64,000 nt of DNA from Candidatus Anderseniibacteriota bacterium (GCA_040876835.1 JBBDOX010000010.1:8230-72229); one strand, 5' to 3'; counted from the first letter of the stretch, positions 37,578 to 47,500 are shown. The notes: generated from the sequence alone by a model not told the origin. Translations and numbers: made by a program.

Positions 37578-38771
37578 ATGTCGCATCCAATTATCACACA
37601 ACTTAAGAAAGTCTGGCGGGGACCAACTATTGCGATTGAAATAAACAACAAAGAGGAGCGGATAGGCAAAGGGACAGTTTCTACAAGTATTGCAGTCCTT
37701 AAGCCAAATATTCTATGGCGTATTGCTAAATCACTATCGCTTGGGTTTGGGGAAGCGTATATGAAGGGAGATATTAAAATCCGAGGTGACCTTATGAAGG
37801 TGCTAGAGGGGTTTTACAAAACAAGCTTGGCTATACAGGGAAACCCCCTTGCCCGCATGAGAACTTTAACAAAACTGATTCCTACGCGTATCTCTATGGA
37901 TGCTGCCAAGCAAAATGCCCAGCATCATTACGACGTTGGGAATGATTTTTATGCCTCATGGCTTGACCCCCAAATGGTGTACTCCTGCGCTTACTTTGTT
38001 CATGAAAATGATTCACTAGAACAAGCTCAGCGACAAAAGCTTGAATTGCTGTGTCGAAAAGCAAGACTTCAAAAAGAACAGAGCCTGCTTGATATCGGAT
38101 GTGGGTGGGGAGGCCTGTTATTTCACGCCGTTGAACGATATGGGGTAACAGCAACAGGGATTACTCCAGCAAAAAATCAGGCTGCGTATATTCGCGAAGA
38201 AGCCAAAAAACGTGGGCTGGAGAGTCGGATACAAGTTATTGAAGGGGACTGGCGAGAGTTATCTGGAACATATGATCGCATTATTAGCGTCGGAATGTTC
38301 GAGCACGTAGGGAAAAAGCAGTATCAGACGTTCTTTGATACATGGAATAGATTGCTTGCCGATGATGGGGTGTCAGTGCTTCACACTATTGGCAGGATGA
38401 AGGCATCCACTGTTACGGATCCCTGGATTCGTAAATACATCTTTCCAGGCGGTTTTCTGCCTGCTTTAGAAGAAATGACTATTCCAGCAGCGTCTTCCGG
38501 ACTAGTAGTGACAGATGTCGAAAACTTGTGGCGCCATTACGCCAAAACATTGCAGCATTGGTCAAAGAATTTTCGGGCAGTTCAGGATCAGGTTATATCC
38601 CAATATGATGAAAAATTTGCCCGAATGTGGTGGCTATACCTTCAGGGATCCGAGGCAGGTTTCAGGTGGGGGGATCTGCAACTCTGGCAACTGGTACTGA
38701 CAAAGGACAAGGTCGCCTCGTGGCCGCTGAACCGTGAAGTAGGGACAGAAAGGCTTGACAAGGCGATTTGA
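37578..38771 (+). CDS. cfa: Cyclopropane-fatty-acyl-phospholipid synthase family methyltransferase
   Basis: HYDVGNDFY..WLD..M.YSCAY, LLDIGCGWGGL, SVGMFEHVG, WIRKYIFPGG, HYAKTL. Confidence 0.93.
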   Translation: MSHPIITQLKKVWRGPTIAIEINNKEERIGKGTVSTSIAVLKPNILWRIAKSLSLGFGEAYMKGDIKIRGDLMKVLEGFYKTSLAIQGNPLARMRTLTKLIPTRISMDAAKQNAQHHYDVGNDFYASWLDPQMVYSCAYFVHENDSLEQAQRQKLELLCRKARLQKEQSLLDIGCGWGGLLFHAVERYGVTATGITPAKNQAAYIREEAKKRGLESRIQVIEGDWRELSGTYDRIISVGMFEHVGKKQYQTFFDTWNRLLADDGVSVLHTIGRMKASTVTDPWIRKYIFPGGFLPALEEMTIPAASSGLVVTDVENLWRHYAKTLQHWSKNFRAVQDQVISQYDEKFARMWWLYLQGSEAGFRWGDLQLWQLVLTKDKVASWPLNREVGTERLDKAI

Positions 38772-38789
38772 AGGGGAATAATGCGAATA

Positions 38790-39070
38790 TTGGGTTCAAG
38801 AAGGGTTGAATTCATAGGGACCCGGGCCGTGACGGTGCGGTAGTAAAGTGAGTGCTTTGGACGCGACTCTTCCAAGCATGATGACCTTTACGGACCCCGT
38901 CACGGTCCGGGCATAACAGCTCTTTACTACGAGAATGCTAACAATTTCGCTTCGGAGCGAGAAAGTTGGTTGAGATTTCGACTTCTGACATAAGACTTTC
39001 TACGCAGTAAGCGAGAAAGAATCCATGTAGCCAGAAAGATCACAAGGTTCCCCCATGGAGCCTTTTCGAT
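38790..39070 (+). ncRNA. Candidate structured RNA (about 280 nt) between cfa and recG, family unknown
   Basis: TTGACA (38755)-16-AATAAT promoter; 15-bp closing helix 38821-38835/38897-38911, further hairpins, terminal hairpin aaggttcc/ggagcctt plus U-run. Confidence 0.6.
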
Positions 39071-39123
39071 TTTTAGAGGGCATTCTGGCTCGAAACCTTC
39101 GCGTCCGGTACGCTCATATTGAT

Positions 39124-41187
39124 ATGCTACGACTTTCATCCCCTATTACTGAAGCTCCTCGTATTGGCCCCGCTAAGGCAAAGTTATTTGAAAAACTGCG
39201 AATTACCCATATTCGCGACCTTTTATATACTTTCCCCCGTCGCTACGACGATTTTTCACAGGTAACAGCTATTAAAGATCTTGAGATAGGTCGACAGATG
39301 ACGGTAAAAGCCAGAGTTGTGTCCGCAAAAAGTCTGTGGGGGTTTCAGGGGCGTCGTCGGGTACTGCGGATTTTTGTTGAATTGGAGGATGATACTGCCA
39401 CCTTGCAGGTGACTTGGTATAACCTGCGGTTTTTAGAAAAACAGCTCATCGTTGGAAGAGAAATATACGTAGCCGGAACGGTGGAGCCATATAAAGGACG
39501 AAATAAAGACGTCGAGTTTGCAATGCGCTCCCCGGCACTCGAATTTGCTGACAGCGACAGTGAACGTTTGCACACAGCGGCTATTACGCCTATTTACCCC
39601 GAAACCCATGGAATAACCTCCCGCTTTATCCGGTATCAGGTTAAAAAGCTTTTACCGCTTATTGAGACTATCCCGGAGTATTTACCAAAGGATATCATTG
39701 CCCGAAATAATCTGATGGGAATTCACGAGGCAATTCGCATTGTTCACTTTCCAGAAGATCAGGATCATTTGGCTGATGCCCAGCGGCGCTTGCGGTTCGA
39801 CGAGCTGTTCTTTTTACAACTGGCTGCCCTGGTCCGACGCCAGCATCTGCAACGAGCCGATACGTTCCCACTTCATATCTCCGATAAGAAGCTTGGGCAG
39901 TTTATTAAAACACTGCCTTTTGTCCTAACCGGGGCGCAGCAGGAATCATTGCAGGAAATCCGCCAGGACTTAGAACAACCTCATCCAATGAATCGACTGC
40001 TTCAAGGGGATGTGGGTGCTGGAAAAAGCGCTGTGGCGCTAATCACAGCTCATATTGCTTTAGAGGCGGGGTATAAGGTGATATATCTAGCACCGACCGA
40101 GATTCTGGCTCGTCAGCAAGCATTATCCTTCGCAGAAGGATTATCGCCTTTTGCAGTTCATTTGTTAATTGGAGCGATGAAGACTCGTGAAAAGCAAACG
40201 GTCAAAGCGTTACTGGTGAGCTCAGATCCCGTGTGTGTGGTGGGAACCCACGCCTTGCTTCAAGAAGATGTCATAGGTGAAAACATTGGCCTCGTGATCG
40301 TAGACGAACAGCATCGGTTTGGAGTTGATCAACGTCGCGCTCTCACTCAAGTGCAACCGGAGGCAGAACCTCACCTGTTATCTATGACCGCCACCCCCAT
40401 TCCTCGTACCTTAAGTCTTACGGTATACGGAGATCTAGATGTATCAGTACTGGATGAACTCCCTCCGGGCCGCAAACCGGTTGAGACAAGCATTGTTCCT
40501 ACGCGTAATCGTGATCGGGCGATTGTGCACGTGTTAAGGGAATTACACGCTGGTCACCAGGCGTATGTTATTGCCCCCCTCGTCGAAGAGTCAGATAAGT
40601 TGGAACTTAAATCTGCAAAACAGGCGTATGAAGAAATGCAGCAGCTTTTTCCAGGTATTGCCATTGGGCTTATGCATGGGCAGTTGAGTTCGGAAGAAAA
40701 AGAGGGAGTAATGAAGAATTTTGCTGCTGGAGCAATACAGCTCCTCGTATCAACTGCTGTAGTTGAGGTGGGGGTAAACGTTCCCAACGCCACGATGATG
40801 ATTATTGAAGGCGCTGAGCGCTTTGGTTTAGCGCAGCTGCATCAATTTCGGGGGCGTATTGGTCGCGGACAGCAGCAGTCATATTGTTATCTTTTTCCAA
40901 CTACTGACGAGGCAGCGACAAGTAGGCGACTGCAAGTGCTGGAGCAAACAACAGATGGATTTAAAATTGCTGAAGAAGATCTTAAACTACGCGGGCCGGG
41001 AGAAGTATATGGAGTGTCGCAATCAGGGTTTGGTGACTTAAAAGTAGCATCTTTACTTGATTACGAAACAATTAAACTAGCACGCACAGAAGCGGAAAAC
41101 ATTCTTGCAGGAGATCCGCAACTGCAAAACTATCCTATTTTACAAAAAAAGGTGGAGCAGAAAAATCTGCAGACACATTTTGAATAG
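39124..41187 (+). CDS. recG: ATP-dependent DNA helicase RecG
   Basis: PRRYDD, wedge domain, RLLQGDVGAGKS, DEQHRFG, MTATPIPR, QFRGRIGRG, DLKLRGPGE. Confidence 0.97.
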   Translation: MLRLSSPITEAPRIGPAKAKLFEKLRITHIRDLLYTFPRRYDDFSQVTAIKDLEIGRQMTVKARVVSAKSLWGFQGRRRVLRIFVELEDDTATLQVTWYNLRFLEKQLIVGREIYVAGTVEPYKGRNKDVEFAMRSPALEFADSDSERLHTAAITPIYPETHGITSRFIRYQVKKLLPLIETIPEYLPKDIIARNNLMGIHEAIRIVHFPEDQDHLADAQRRLRFDELFFLQLAALVRRQHLQRADTFPLHISDKKLGQFIKTLPFVLTGAQQESLQEIRQDLEQPHPMNRLLQGDVGAGKSAVALITAHIALEAGYKVIYLAPTEILARQQALSFAEGLSPFAVHLLIGAMKTREKQTVKALLVSSDPVCVVGTHALLQEDVIGENIGLVIVDEQHRFGVDQRRALTQVQPEAEPHLLSMTATPIPRTLSLTVYGDLDVSVLDELPPGRKPVETSIVPTRNRDRAIVHVLRELHAGHQAYVIAPLVEESDKLELKSAKQAYEEMQQLFPGIAIGLMHGQLSSEEKEGVMKNFAAGAIQLLVSTAVVEVGVNVPNATMMIIEGAERFGLAQLHQFRGRIGRGQQQSYCYLFPTTDEAATSRRLQVLEQTTDGFKIAEEDLKLRGPGEVYGVSQSGFGDLKVASLLDYETIKLARTEAENILAGDPQLQNYPILQKKVEQKNLQTHFE

Positions 41188-41784
41188 TTAGGTGCGCGAT
41201 AAATAGTTTGAGTTTTTTAGATAATATCTCCACGGATATTCTGTGCAGTGTCTGGCATACTCAACACCAATGCGTTTGGAAGTAGCGATGTGATTAGGGT
41301 GGACGACAAAGCCATCATCGACGATGTATATCTCATTGCTTTCTGTTACATCAACACCGTTTAGTTTCTTCGTAATACTGAGAGCACGACACAGTTTACC
41401 TGGACCGGTCGTGAGGTTATTCAGTTGATGTGTGCCTCGGCGCTGCTGCATAACGGAAACGCCATCAAGAGGCTCAACAGAGCGGATTAATACCGCAGCT
41501 GGAAAGTGCTCTTGTTCAGTTACTACATTGAAGCAGTGATACATCCCATAGATAAGGTAGATGTAAGCGTGCCCAGCTTTGCCAAACATAATATCGGTAC
41601 GTGCTGTCCTGCCTTTGCTCGCATGGCAAGCTAAATCATCTTCACCCACGTATGCTTCGACTTCACTAATTCGTCCACTCACTAATTGTTTTCCGTAACG
41701 TCGAACTAAAACTTTTCCTAACAAATTTTTGGCAGCATCATGTGTGTCACGGTCATAAAAACTTCGTTGCAAAACATTTTTCAT
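41188..41784 (-). CDS. mpg: DNA-3-methyladenine glycosylase (MPG/AAG family)
   Basis: LLGKVLV, I.EVEAY, D.ACHA, YIYLIYGMYHCFNVV, AVLIR, GPGKL, RIGV. Confidence 0.95.
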   Translation of the reverse strand: MKNVLQRSFYDRDTHDAAKNLLGKVLVRRYGKQLVSGRISEVEAYVGEDDLACHASKGRTARTDIMFGKAGHAYIYLIYGMYHCFNVVTEQEHFPAAVLIRSVEPLDGVSVMQQRRGTHQLNNLTTGPGKLCRALSITKKLNGVDVTESNEIYIVDDGFVVHPNHIATSKRIGVEYARHCTEYPWRYYLKNSNYLSRT

Positions 41785-42022
41785 AACATCAAAGTGTAAC
41801 GTACTTTGTTAACTGTGCAAAAATGTATTGCATAAGCAACGCTTTTTTGTTTCAATTGATGTAGTTATGCAATAAAACGTTTTGTTGCATGAACTGCACG
41901 TTAGCTATTAACAATCAAAACAATGTTCACAGGAGGGGAAACATTTCAGCGCCGTTGCGCATCGAAGTGTTGGAGCAATTCCTGTTGGCATGTCACCACG
42001 ACAAGGAGAGGAGGTGGTATCC

Positions 42023-42181
42023 ATGCCAGCTAAGAAAAAGCGCAAAGCTAAGAAGGCTACTCGCAAAACAGCAAAGCGAAAGCCAGCTCGAAAGACAGCT
42101 AAGAAGCGAAGCACTAGCCGCCGAAAGCCAAAGAAGGCGACTCGTCGCAAGACCACCTCTAGCCGTCGAAAGAAGAAATAA
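42023..42181 (+). CDS. Small Lys/Arg-rich histone-H1/protamine-like protein (52 aa)
   Basis: MPAKKKRKAKKATRKTAKRKPARKTAKKR...; strong SD GGAGGTG; terminator downstream. Confidence 0.8.
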   Translation: MPAKKKRKAKKATRKTAKRKPARKTAKKRSTSRRKPKKATRRKTTSSRRKKK

Positions 42182-42202
42182 CCACGCTTAGTGGTTATCA
42201 CG

Positions 42203-42232
42203 CAAAATATCTGCCATGGGGCAGGTATTTTG
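42203..42232. terminator. Bidirectional intrinsic terminator
   Basis: caaaatatctgcc-atgg-ggcaggtattttg between convergent genes. Confidence 0.85.
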
Positions 42233-42233
42233 T

Positions 42234-42851
42234 TTATTGCAGCGTCTGTTCTAGATACTTCAGAAAACTGTGAACGAGTTTGAGCGTGCGCTTATCTTCC
42301 TGTAAAGATTTGACAACACTATTCACTTCATCGGCGCTGCTTTCTGACAGTCCAATATCCATATCGAGTTGCTTGCGGGACTGATCAGTAGGCTTTTCTT
42401 TAAAGTAGCGCTGCAATATTGAATGCCAGGTAGTAATCTTTTCCCTATCGTGTACGTAGTGCAGCTCCTCATCAAACACATTACTGAGTGTACGATGGAT
42501 GAGATTCCAGTCGTCGAAATGTTCATACAACAATTCATCTTCTACAAGTTTGAGCGCATGAGGAACAAACGGATGCCACGGAAGGTTCTCTTTTATATTC
42601 TGATCACGTAAGAACTTTTCCCGGGTACTGTCTATCCATGCATGGACGCGCATGCCTGTTAAGAAGTCATTGTTTCCTGCTAAGGAAGATAAAGTGACAT
42701 CAGCAATATGAGTATGTCGGCGCGTAATAATGCCTAAGTGCCGAATATCAGGAAAAAGCGTTCCTGCCCAATATGAGGGACCTTGGACTTTGCCTTGAAG
42801 GTGGGTGAGCATGCGAGCTGCATACACCACGTGACTTACTTCGCCTGCCAT
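42234..42851 (-). CDS. Hypothetical protein, zinc-dependent phospholipase C/nuclease-like helical fold
   Basis: N-terminal H, GTLFPD, TH, G.RVHAWID spacing of metal ligands. Confidence 0.55.
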   Translation of the reverse strand: MAGEVSHVVYAARMLTHLQGKVQGPSYWAGTLFPDIRHLGIITRRHTHIADVTLSSLAGNNDFLTGMRVHAWIDSTREKFLRDQNIKENLPWHPFVPHALKLVEDELLYEHFDDWNLIHRTLSNVFDEELHYVHDREKITTWHSILQRYFKEKPTDQSRKQLDMDIGLSESSADEVNSVVKSLQEDKRTLKLVHSFLKYLEQTLQ

Positions 42852-42910
42852 ATCATTCAGTGTAAGGTTAAAGGTGAAAAGTAGGAAATGAACTAGTACA
42901 ATAGATGTAT

Positions 42911-43606
42911 ATGAATAACTTTCAAGTCAGTGCAGTACTAATATCTTTTGGAGCCCTTATGTTTCCAGTGCTCGTTACAGCTCAAGACGTGACCGGCTAT
43001 CTCGATGACACAGCAGACTCTGCTGTGCGAGTTGAAATAGAATTACCAGAGGAATTGGCGCCGCCGACTGATTCTTCAGTATGGAAGAAAATTCGCTCTT
43101 TCTTAGGTATTCGTAAGCAAGCGAGAGTAAAGCCGCCAATCGGTACGAAGTTTACAGTCAACTCGAGCGCGTATGCTTCCTCTCCATATCAGACAGATAG
43201 CACCCCCTGCATCACTGCAGCAGGCACCCGTGTACGGCCGGGCGTGGTTGCCTCAAATTTTTTGCCTATTGGAACAATTCTTGAAATTAACAATGAGAAG
43301 TTCATTGTTGAGGATCGCATGAATGCCCGCTACGATGGCTACTTTATTGATCTGTGGTTTCCATCAACGAGCAGTGCGCTGGAATTTGGCCGGAAAAAGC
43401 TTACCGTGACAGTTGTAGGTTATGGTAGTGCAGGGGACAGTATTCGTCCGGATAAGGTAGCAAAATCGAAGGAAGAAGAGCCGGAATTCGAAGACCCAAC
43501 CATATGGGGCACAATCAAAAGCAGTGTCTCGTTTCTCACAGCGGTCATGACAGCTCGTAGTCCAGCGGAATTAAATAAGTATGATGTTAATTGTTTAGCT
43601 GAATAG
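42911..43606 (+). CDS. 3D-domain (lytic-transglycosylase-like) secreted protein
   Basis: SAY.SSP.QTD.TPCITAAG, VASNFLPIGT, VEDRM, IDLW. Confidence 0.88.
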   Translation: MNNFQVSAVLISFGALMFPVLVTAQDVTGYLDDTADSAVRVEIELPEELAPPTDSSVWKKIRSFLGIRKQARVKPPIGTKFTVNSSAYASSPYQTDSTPCITAAGTRVRPGVVASNFLPIGTILEINNEKFIVEDRMNARYDGYFIDLWFPSTSSALEFGRKKLTVTVVGYGSAGDSIRPDKVAKSKEEEPEFEDPTIWGTIKSSVSFLTAVMTARSPAELNKYDVNCLAE

Positions 43607-44740
43607 ATGAAAAAGCTGATATTACTAGGAGTTGGAATAGTAGTTGCCGTACTGCTGCCCGTGATGACGCACGCGAGTAACGTACTACTTAATGAGGTGA
43701 CAGTAACTCCTGAGCGTGCCCAACAGATAAAAAGCCAGTCATTTACCCTCACTCACAAAGGACAAAGGTGGACCGCTTCACCTGCTGAGGTGCGTAAGTG
43801 GTTCAAGACGAGGGTAGGATTAGACGGCCAGGTTCTGCTGCAGCTGCGCCCTGGCGCCATTTATGACTATTTAAACGTTCACATTTCTCCAAAAGTTAAT
43901 AATATAGGCGAGAACAGCCGCTTTGCGTATGTCGGAGGCAACCTTCACTTGCTTCATGGGGGACGAAAGGGGCAGATCGTTGACGGCATTAAAACCTCTC
44001 TGGCAATTCGCAGTGCATTAGCTAAAGGGATAGCTACCGCTCCGGTGTCTATGAAGGAGTATCGTCCGTCGGTGTTTTCTGCGGAGGATTTTCGTAAACT
44101 AAAGTTTCCCGATCTCTTATCGCGAGGAGAGACAAACTTTGCCGGCAGTCCAGCCAATCGCCGACACAACATCGCCGTTGCCACGGCGCGATATAACGGG
44201 CTAGTGATCATGCCAGGGGAGGAATTCTCCTTTAACGGCTATCTAGGTAGCGTTGATGCAGCCAATGGTTATTTGCCTGAGTTAGTCATTAAAGAAAATG
44301 TTACAACTCCCGAATATGGCGGAGGAATCTGCCAAGTATCGACAACGGTATTTCGTGCAGCGATGCAGGCCGGACTCGAGATCACTGCTCGCAAAAATCA
44401 TTCTTATCCTGTCGCGTATTATGGTACTCCCGGTTACGACGCAACGATATATTCTCCAGCTCCTGATTTTAAGTTTAAGAATGATACCGCGAATCCTGTT
44501 TATCTCACCACGCAAGTTAGCGGCACCCGCGTCATTTTCGAAGTTTGGGGCACGAGTGACGGTCGGCAAGTAACGGTGAATGGCCCGTTCGTAACGGAGC
44601 GCCGACCGGACGGATCCTTAACAGCGGCTGTCGCTCAGATCGTCAAGAAAAATGGCAAATCAATCCGGGAAAAGAATTTCGTTTCTCACTATCAATCACC
44701 TGATAAATTCCCTACTGTTCGAGCTGCGAATGGGGAATAG
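43607..44740 (+). CDS. VanW-family protein
   Basis: R.HNI, PGEEFSFN, YGGGICQVSTTVFRA, RKNHS, DATI, DFKFKN. Confidence 0.92.
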   Translation: MKKLILLGVGIVVAVLLPVMTHASNVLLNEVTVTPERAQQIKSQSFTLTHKGQRWTASPAEVRKWFKTRVGLDGQVLLQLRPGAIYDYLNVHISPKVNNIGENSRFAYVGGNLHLLHGGRKGQIVDGIKTSLAIRSALAKGIATAPVSMKEYRPSVFSAEDFRKLKFPDLLSRGETNFAGSPANRRHNIAVATARYNGLVIMPGEEFSFNGYLGSVDAANGYLPELVIKENVTTPEYGGGICQVSTTVFRAAMQAGLEITARKNHSYPVAYYGTPGYDATIYSPAPDFKFKNDTANPVYLTTQVSGTRVIFEVWGTSDGRQVTVNGPFVTERRPDGSLTAAVAQIVKKNGKSIREKNFVSHYQSPDKFPTVRAANGE

Positions 44741-44854
44741 ATAAGGTTCGTCAGCGCCCACTTACAAAATATCCTGGCCAACGTAGCCACATCCAGGAAT
44801 ATTAGAGAAGCCACTGTGGCTTGTTCGTTCTGCTCCTTTGAGGGAGGGCTCACC

Positions 44855-45205
44855 ATGATTATGAGACACAATATTAGTGGGGCAGGAGGCCTCCCAGACA
44901 CCTCGCCACTCAAGGAGTGGGAGAGGAAGGTAAGTCTGGAGCGAGTAAATATGGAAGACGAAGAGGAGCGCAGCCAGTTGGGGCATATGAAATCAGCTCT
45001 TCTTAGTCGACAGGCAGTGCTCCAGCACGCCATTGAGGGCGGAGAGTGCATCCGTAATCAGATGAAGCGCGAAAACTGTTCTGACTGCACAGCCTACAAA
45101 GTAGGGCATCGTCCGGAAGAGTTGGTCGCCGAGAAGCGATGGATTGATAAGAGTTTGAAAATTGTGCAGAAGCACATCGACTCCTATCACCATCATCGGG
45201 AGTAG
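44855..45205 (+). CDS. Hypothetical small Cys-containing protein, islet D
   Basis: SD GGAGG, C-x9-CxxC, terminator ggcacggt/atcgtgct plus T-run at 45211-45239. Confidence 0.6.
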   Translation: MIMRHNISGAGGLPDTSPLKEWERKVSLERVNMEDEEERSQLGHMKSALLSRQAVLQHAIEGGECIRNQMKRENCSDCTAYKVGHRPEELVAEKRWIDKSLKIVQKHIDSYHHHRE

Positions 45206-45281
45206 TCGTTGGCACGGTAAGGAAATCGTGCTCTTTTTTGTGGTTGTAATTTTTACTATTTTGACTATACTCTCTACTCAT

Positions 45282-45353
45282 GGCCCCATCGTCTAACGGC
45301 TAGGACAGTAGATTTTCACTCTGCAAATCGGGGTTCGATTCCCCGTGGGGCTA
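45282..45353 (+). tRNA. tRNA-Glu(TTC)
   Basis: GGCCCCA/TGGGGCT acceptor stem, GTAGA-TT-TTC-AC-TCTGC. Confidence 0.95.
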
Positions 45354-45392
45354 CATAACCGAAACTATTAAACACTCTGGTAAAATTAGTTT

Positions 45393-45764
45393 ATGAAAAA
45401 ATACATACTAGTCGGTTTAGTAATAGCAGCTGGAGTAGCGTTGCTTATATTCGAAATTTCGAATAGAGATACTACGTCTCCTACAGCGGGATCCCAACTG
45501 GAAAGTGAAATTTTGGTTGCTCTAGAGGAGTATAACCCTCGTAATAAGAAATGCCCTCCAATAGTGATCATTGTTGGAGCTAGCGGTAATTTCGTGAGAT
45601 TCAATACCACTCCCCGCCCCTGTGTCGAGCTCGATCCTGCGTTTGGATTTGCGGAAAAAAGAAATGATAAGTGGGTCATTCTCACTCATGGTACAGGTGG
45701 AGACCCAACGGAGTTTTACAAGAAATATAGCATTCCCGAAGAACTAAGGGACAAGGGATTTTAA
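45393..45764 (+). CDS. Hypothetical secreted/membrane-anchored protein
   Basis: N-terminal hydrophobic signal; W.IL.HGT...IP.EL C-terminal pattern. Confidence 0.65.
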   Translation: MKKYILVGLVIAAGVALLIFEISNRDTTSPTAGSQLESEILVALEEYNPRNKKCPPIVIIVGASGNFVRFNTTPRPCVELDPAFGFAEKRNDKWVILTHGTGGDPTEFYKKYSIPEELRDKGF

Positions 45765-45903
45765 AAACGGTTTTTATACTATCTGGAAACTCCGGATGTT
45801 TTGAAATATAAGTGACTAAATCTCTTAGCTGTTCAAAAAAGTTCAGATGTCTTACGTGTAGCGGCTTCTAAAAATATCCTAGATCTGCTGTATACTCATA
45901 ACC

Positions 45904-46872
45904 ATGTCAGTTATTGTCGCCGTTTTTTTTCTTATCATTGGTCTCGCAGCTTTAATAAAGAGCGCGGATTTCCTCGTGGAGGGAGCAGCGTCGCTTGCTA
46001 AACGCTTTGGTATTCGAGAAATTGTCATTGGGTTAATTATCGTATCCTTTGGAACTTCAGCGCCAGAGCTGGTTGTTAACGTACTATCAGCGCTGTCGGG
46101 AAACTACGACCTAGCGATTGGAAATGTTGTTGGAAGCAATATCGCCAATACCTTCCTCATTTTAGGGGTTTCAGCTGCCATTTTCCCGCTTATCGTTAAA
46201 AGAGGGACTGTTTGGAAAGAGATTCCTCTGTCTCTCTTAGCTGCTGTTGCACTACTCGTACTTATCAGCGATACGTTGTTAGAAGGAGAGTCAGCATCAA
46301 TTCTCAGTCGTGCAGACGGCATAATGCTGCTCTTTTTCTTCATCATCTTCTTGTATTACTCCTATGGTATTAGTAGGACAACAGGGGAAGCTGAAGAGAA
46401 TGACAACACAAAAGTACGCAGCGTTTCATCGTCTGTAACTCGAGTGATCGGAGGTATTGCTGGACTGGTTGTTGGCGGACATCTCATAGTCAGCAGTGCA
46501 GTTACGCTAGCTCAGGTGTTTGGAGTAAGCGAAGGGCTCATTGGTCTTACCGTTGTCGCCTTGGGCACATCTTTGCCGGAGCTGGCGACATCAGCTGTAG
46601 CTGCCTATCGCAAAAAAGCCGATATTGCAGTTGGTAATGTAGTAGGATCGAACATTTTCAATATCTTCTTCATCCTCGGCATTACCAGCCTTATTAGCCC
46701 ATTGCCTGTAGGAGATACCATTGATATCGATGTCGGCATGACGATATTATCGTCACTATTGTTATTCCTCGTTCTATTTGTGGGCAAAAAGCATACGCTT
46801 CAGCGTGGTCAGGGAGTGTTTTTCATAGTCCTCTACCTTGCCTACATCATATTCCGCGTGTGGCAGGGGTAG
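45904..46872 (+). CDS. Calcium/sodium antiporter (YrbG family)
   Basis: Two alpha repeats GTSAPEL...GNVVGSNI and GTSLPEL...GNVVGSNI. Confidence 0.95.
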   Translation: MSVIVAVFFLIIGLAALIKSADFLVEGAASLAKRFGIREIVIGLIIVSFGTSAPELVVNVLSALSGNYDLAIGNVVGSNIANTFLILGVSAAIFPLIVKRGTVWKEIPLSLLAAVALLVLISDTLLEGESASILSRADGIMLLFFFIIFLYYSYGISRTTGEAEENDNTKVRSVSSSVTRVIGGIAGLVVGGHLIVSSAVTLAQVFGVSEGLIGLTVVALGTSLPELATSAVAAYRKKADIAVGNVVGSNIFNIFFILGITSLISPLPVGDTIDIDVGMTILSSLLLFLVLFVGKKHTLQRGQGVFFIVLYLAYIIFRVWQG

Positions 46873-46876
46873 ATTT

Positions 46877-47443
46877 TTACTTAAACATCATCCAGATAGT
46901 TTCCCAGTGAGATCGTAAGATAAGGGTAACGGCAATGACAATGCCGACCCGAAACAGAATTGTTTCGACGAAACTGCCGGTTGTAACACGCAGGGCGCGG
47001 GATCCTGGCGGAATTTTGATTTGAATAGGTATCGGCCAAAACCAGGGGACACCTAGGTCGGTAAGAGTGTCAGCAATAGGGTGGCTGATGTATCCGATCA
47101 TGTAGGCGTACCACAGCGCCATTGCTTGAGGAATGAAATCAGGGTTGATAAATGTAATAATCATCCAGCGTAGCAGCAAGGCTATGCCTACAATTCCTAT
47201 AACTGAATGGGTAAGGTGGCGGTGCCCGCCGGAAAACATCTGAAAAATATTACCAATTGCCCTGCCGGCCAGCATGCGGCGCCATAGATTAGCAGCTGGT
47301 TGATCCAGGTCCGGTGTCAAAGCTCCGATCATCACCATAATAACCGCCAAAGCGCCCACAACAGGCCCTAGCTGGACGGGGTGAAGAGTGCCAATCCATA
47401 GGGCTGCAAGCAAGGCAACCATTTGATGGGTGGTTCCGGTCAT
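46877..47443 (-). CDS. Membrane metal-dependent hydrolase (YdjM-like)
   Basis: MTGTTH, PDLD, GHRHLTHS, GYISH..AD.LT..GVP.FWP. Confidence 0.88.
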   Translation of the reverse strand: MTGTTHQMVALLAALWIGTLHPVQLGPVVGALAVIMVMIGALTPDLDQPAANLWRRMLAGRAIGNIFQMFSGGHRHLTHSVIGIVGIALLLRWMIITFINPDFIPQAMALWYAYMIGYISHPIADTLTDLGVPWFWPIPIQIKIPPGSRALRVTTGSFVETILFRVGIVIAVTLILRSHWETIWMMFK

Positions 47444-47500
47444 ATCTTTATATTAGCATCACATATCGACAATTTGGGTATGTACCCATAGGGTATAAGA

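Noticed and set aside
41190-41215. GGTGCGCGATAA resembling the XerC arm of dif
   Set aside because: Lies in the last codons of mpg and has no XerD arm (TTATGTTAAAT)
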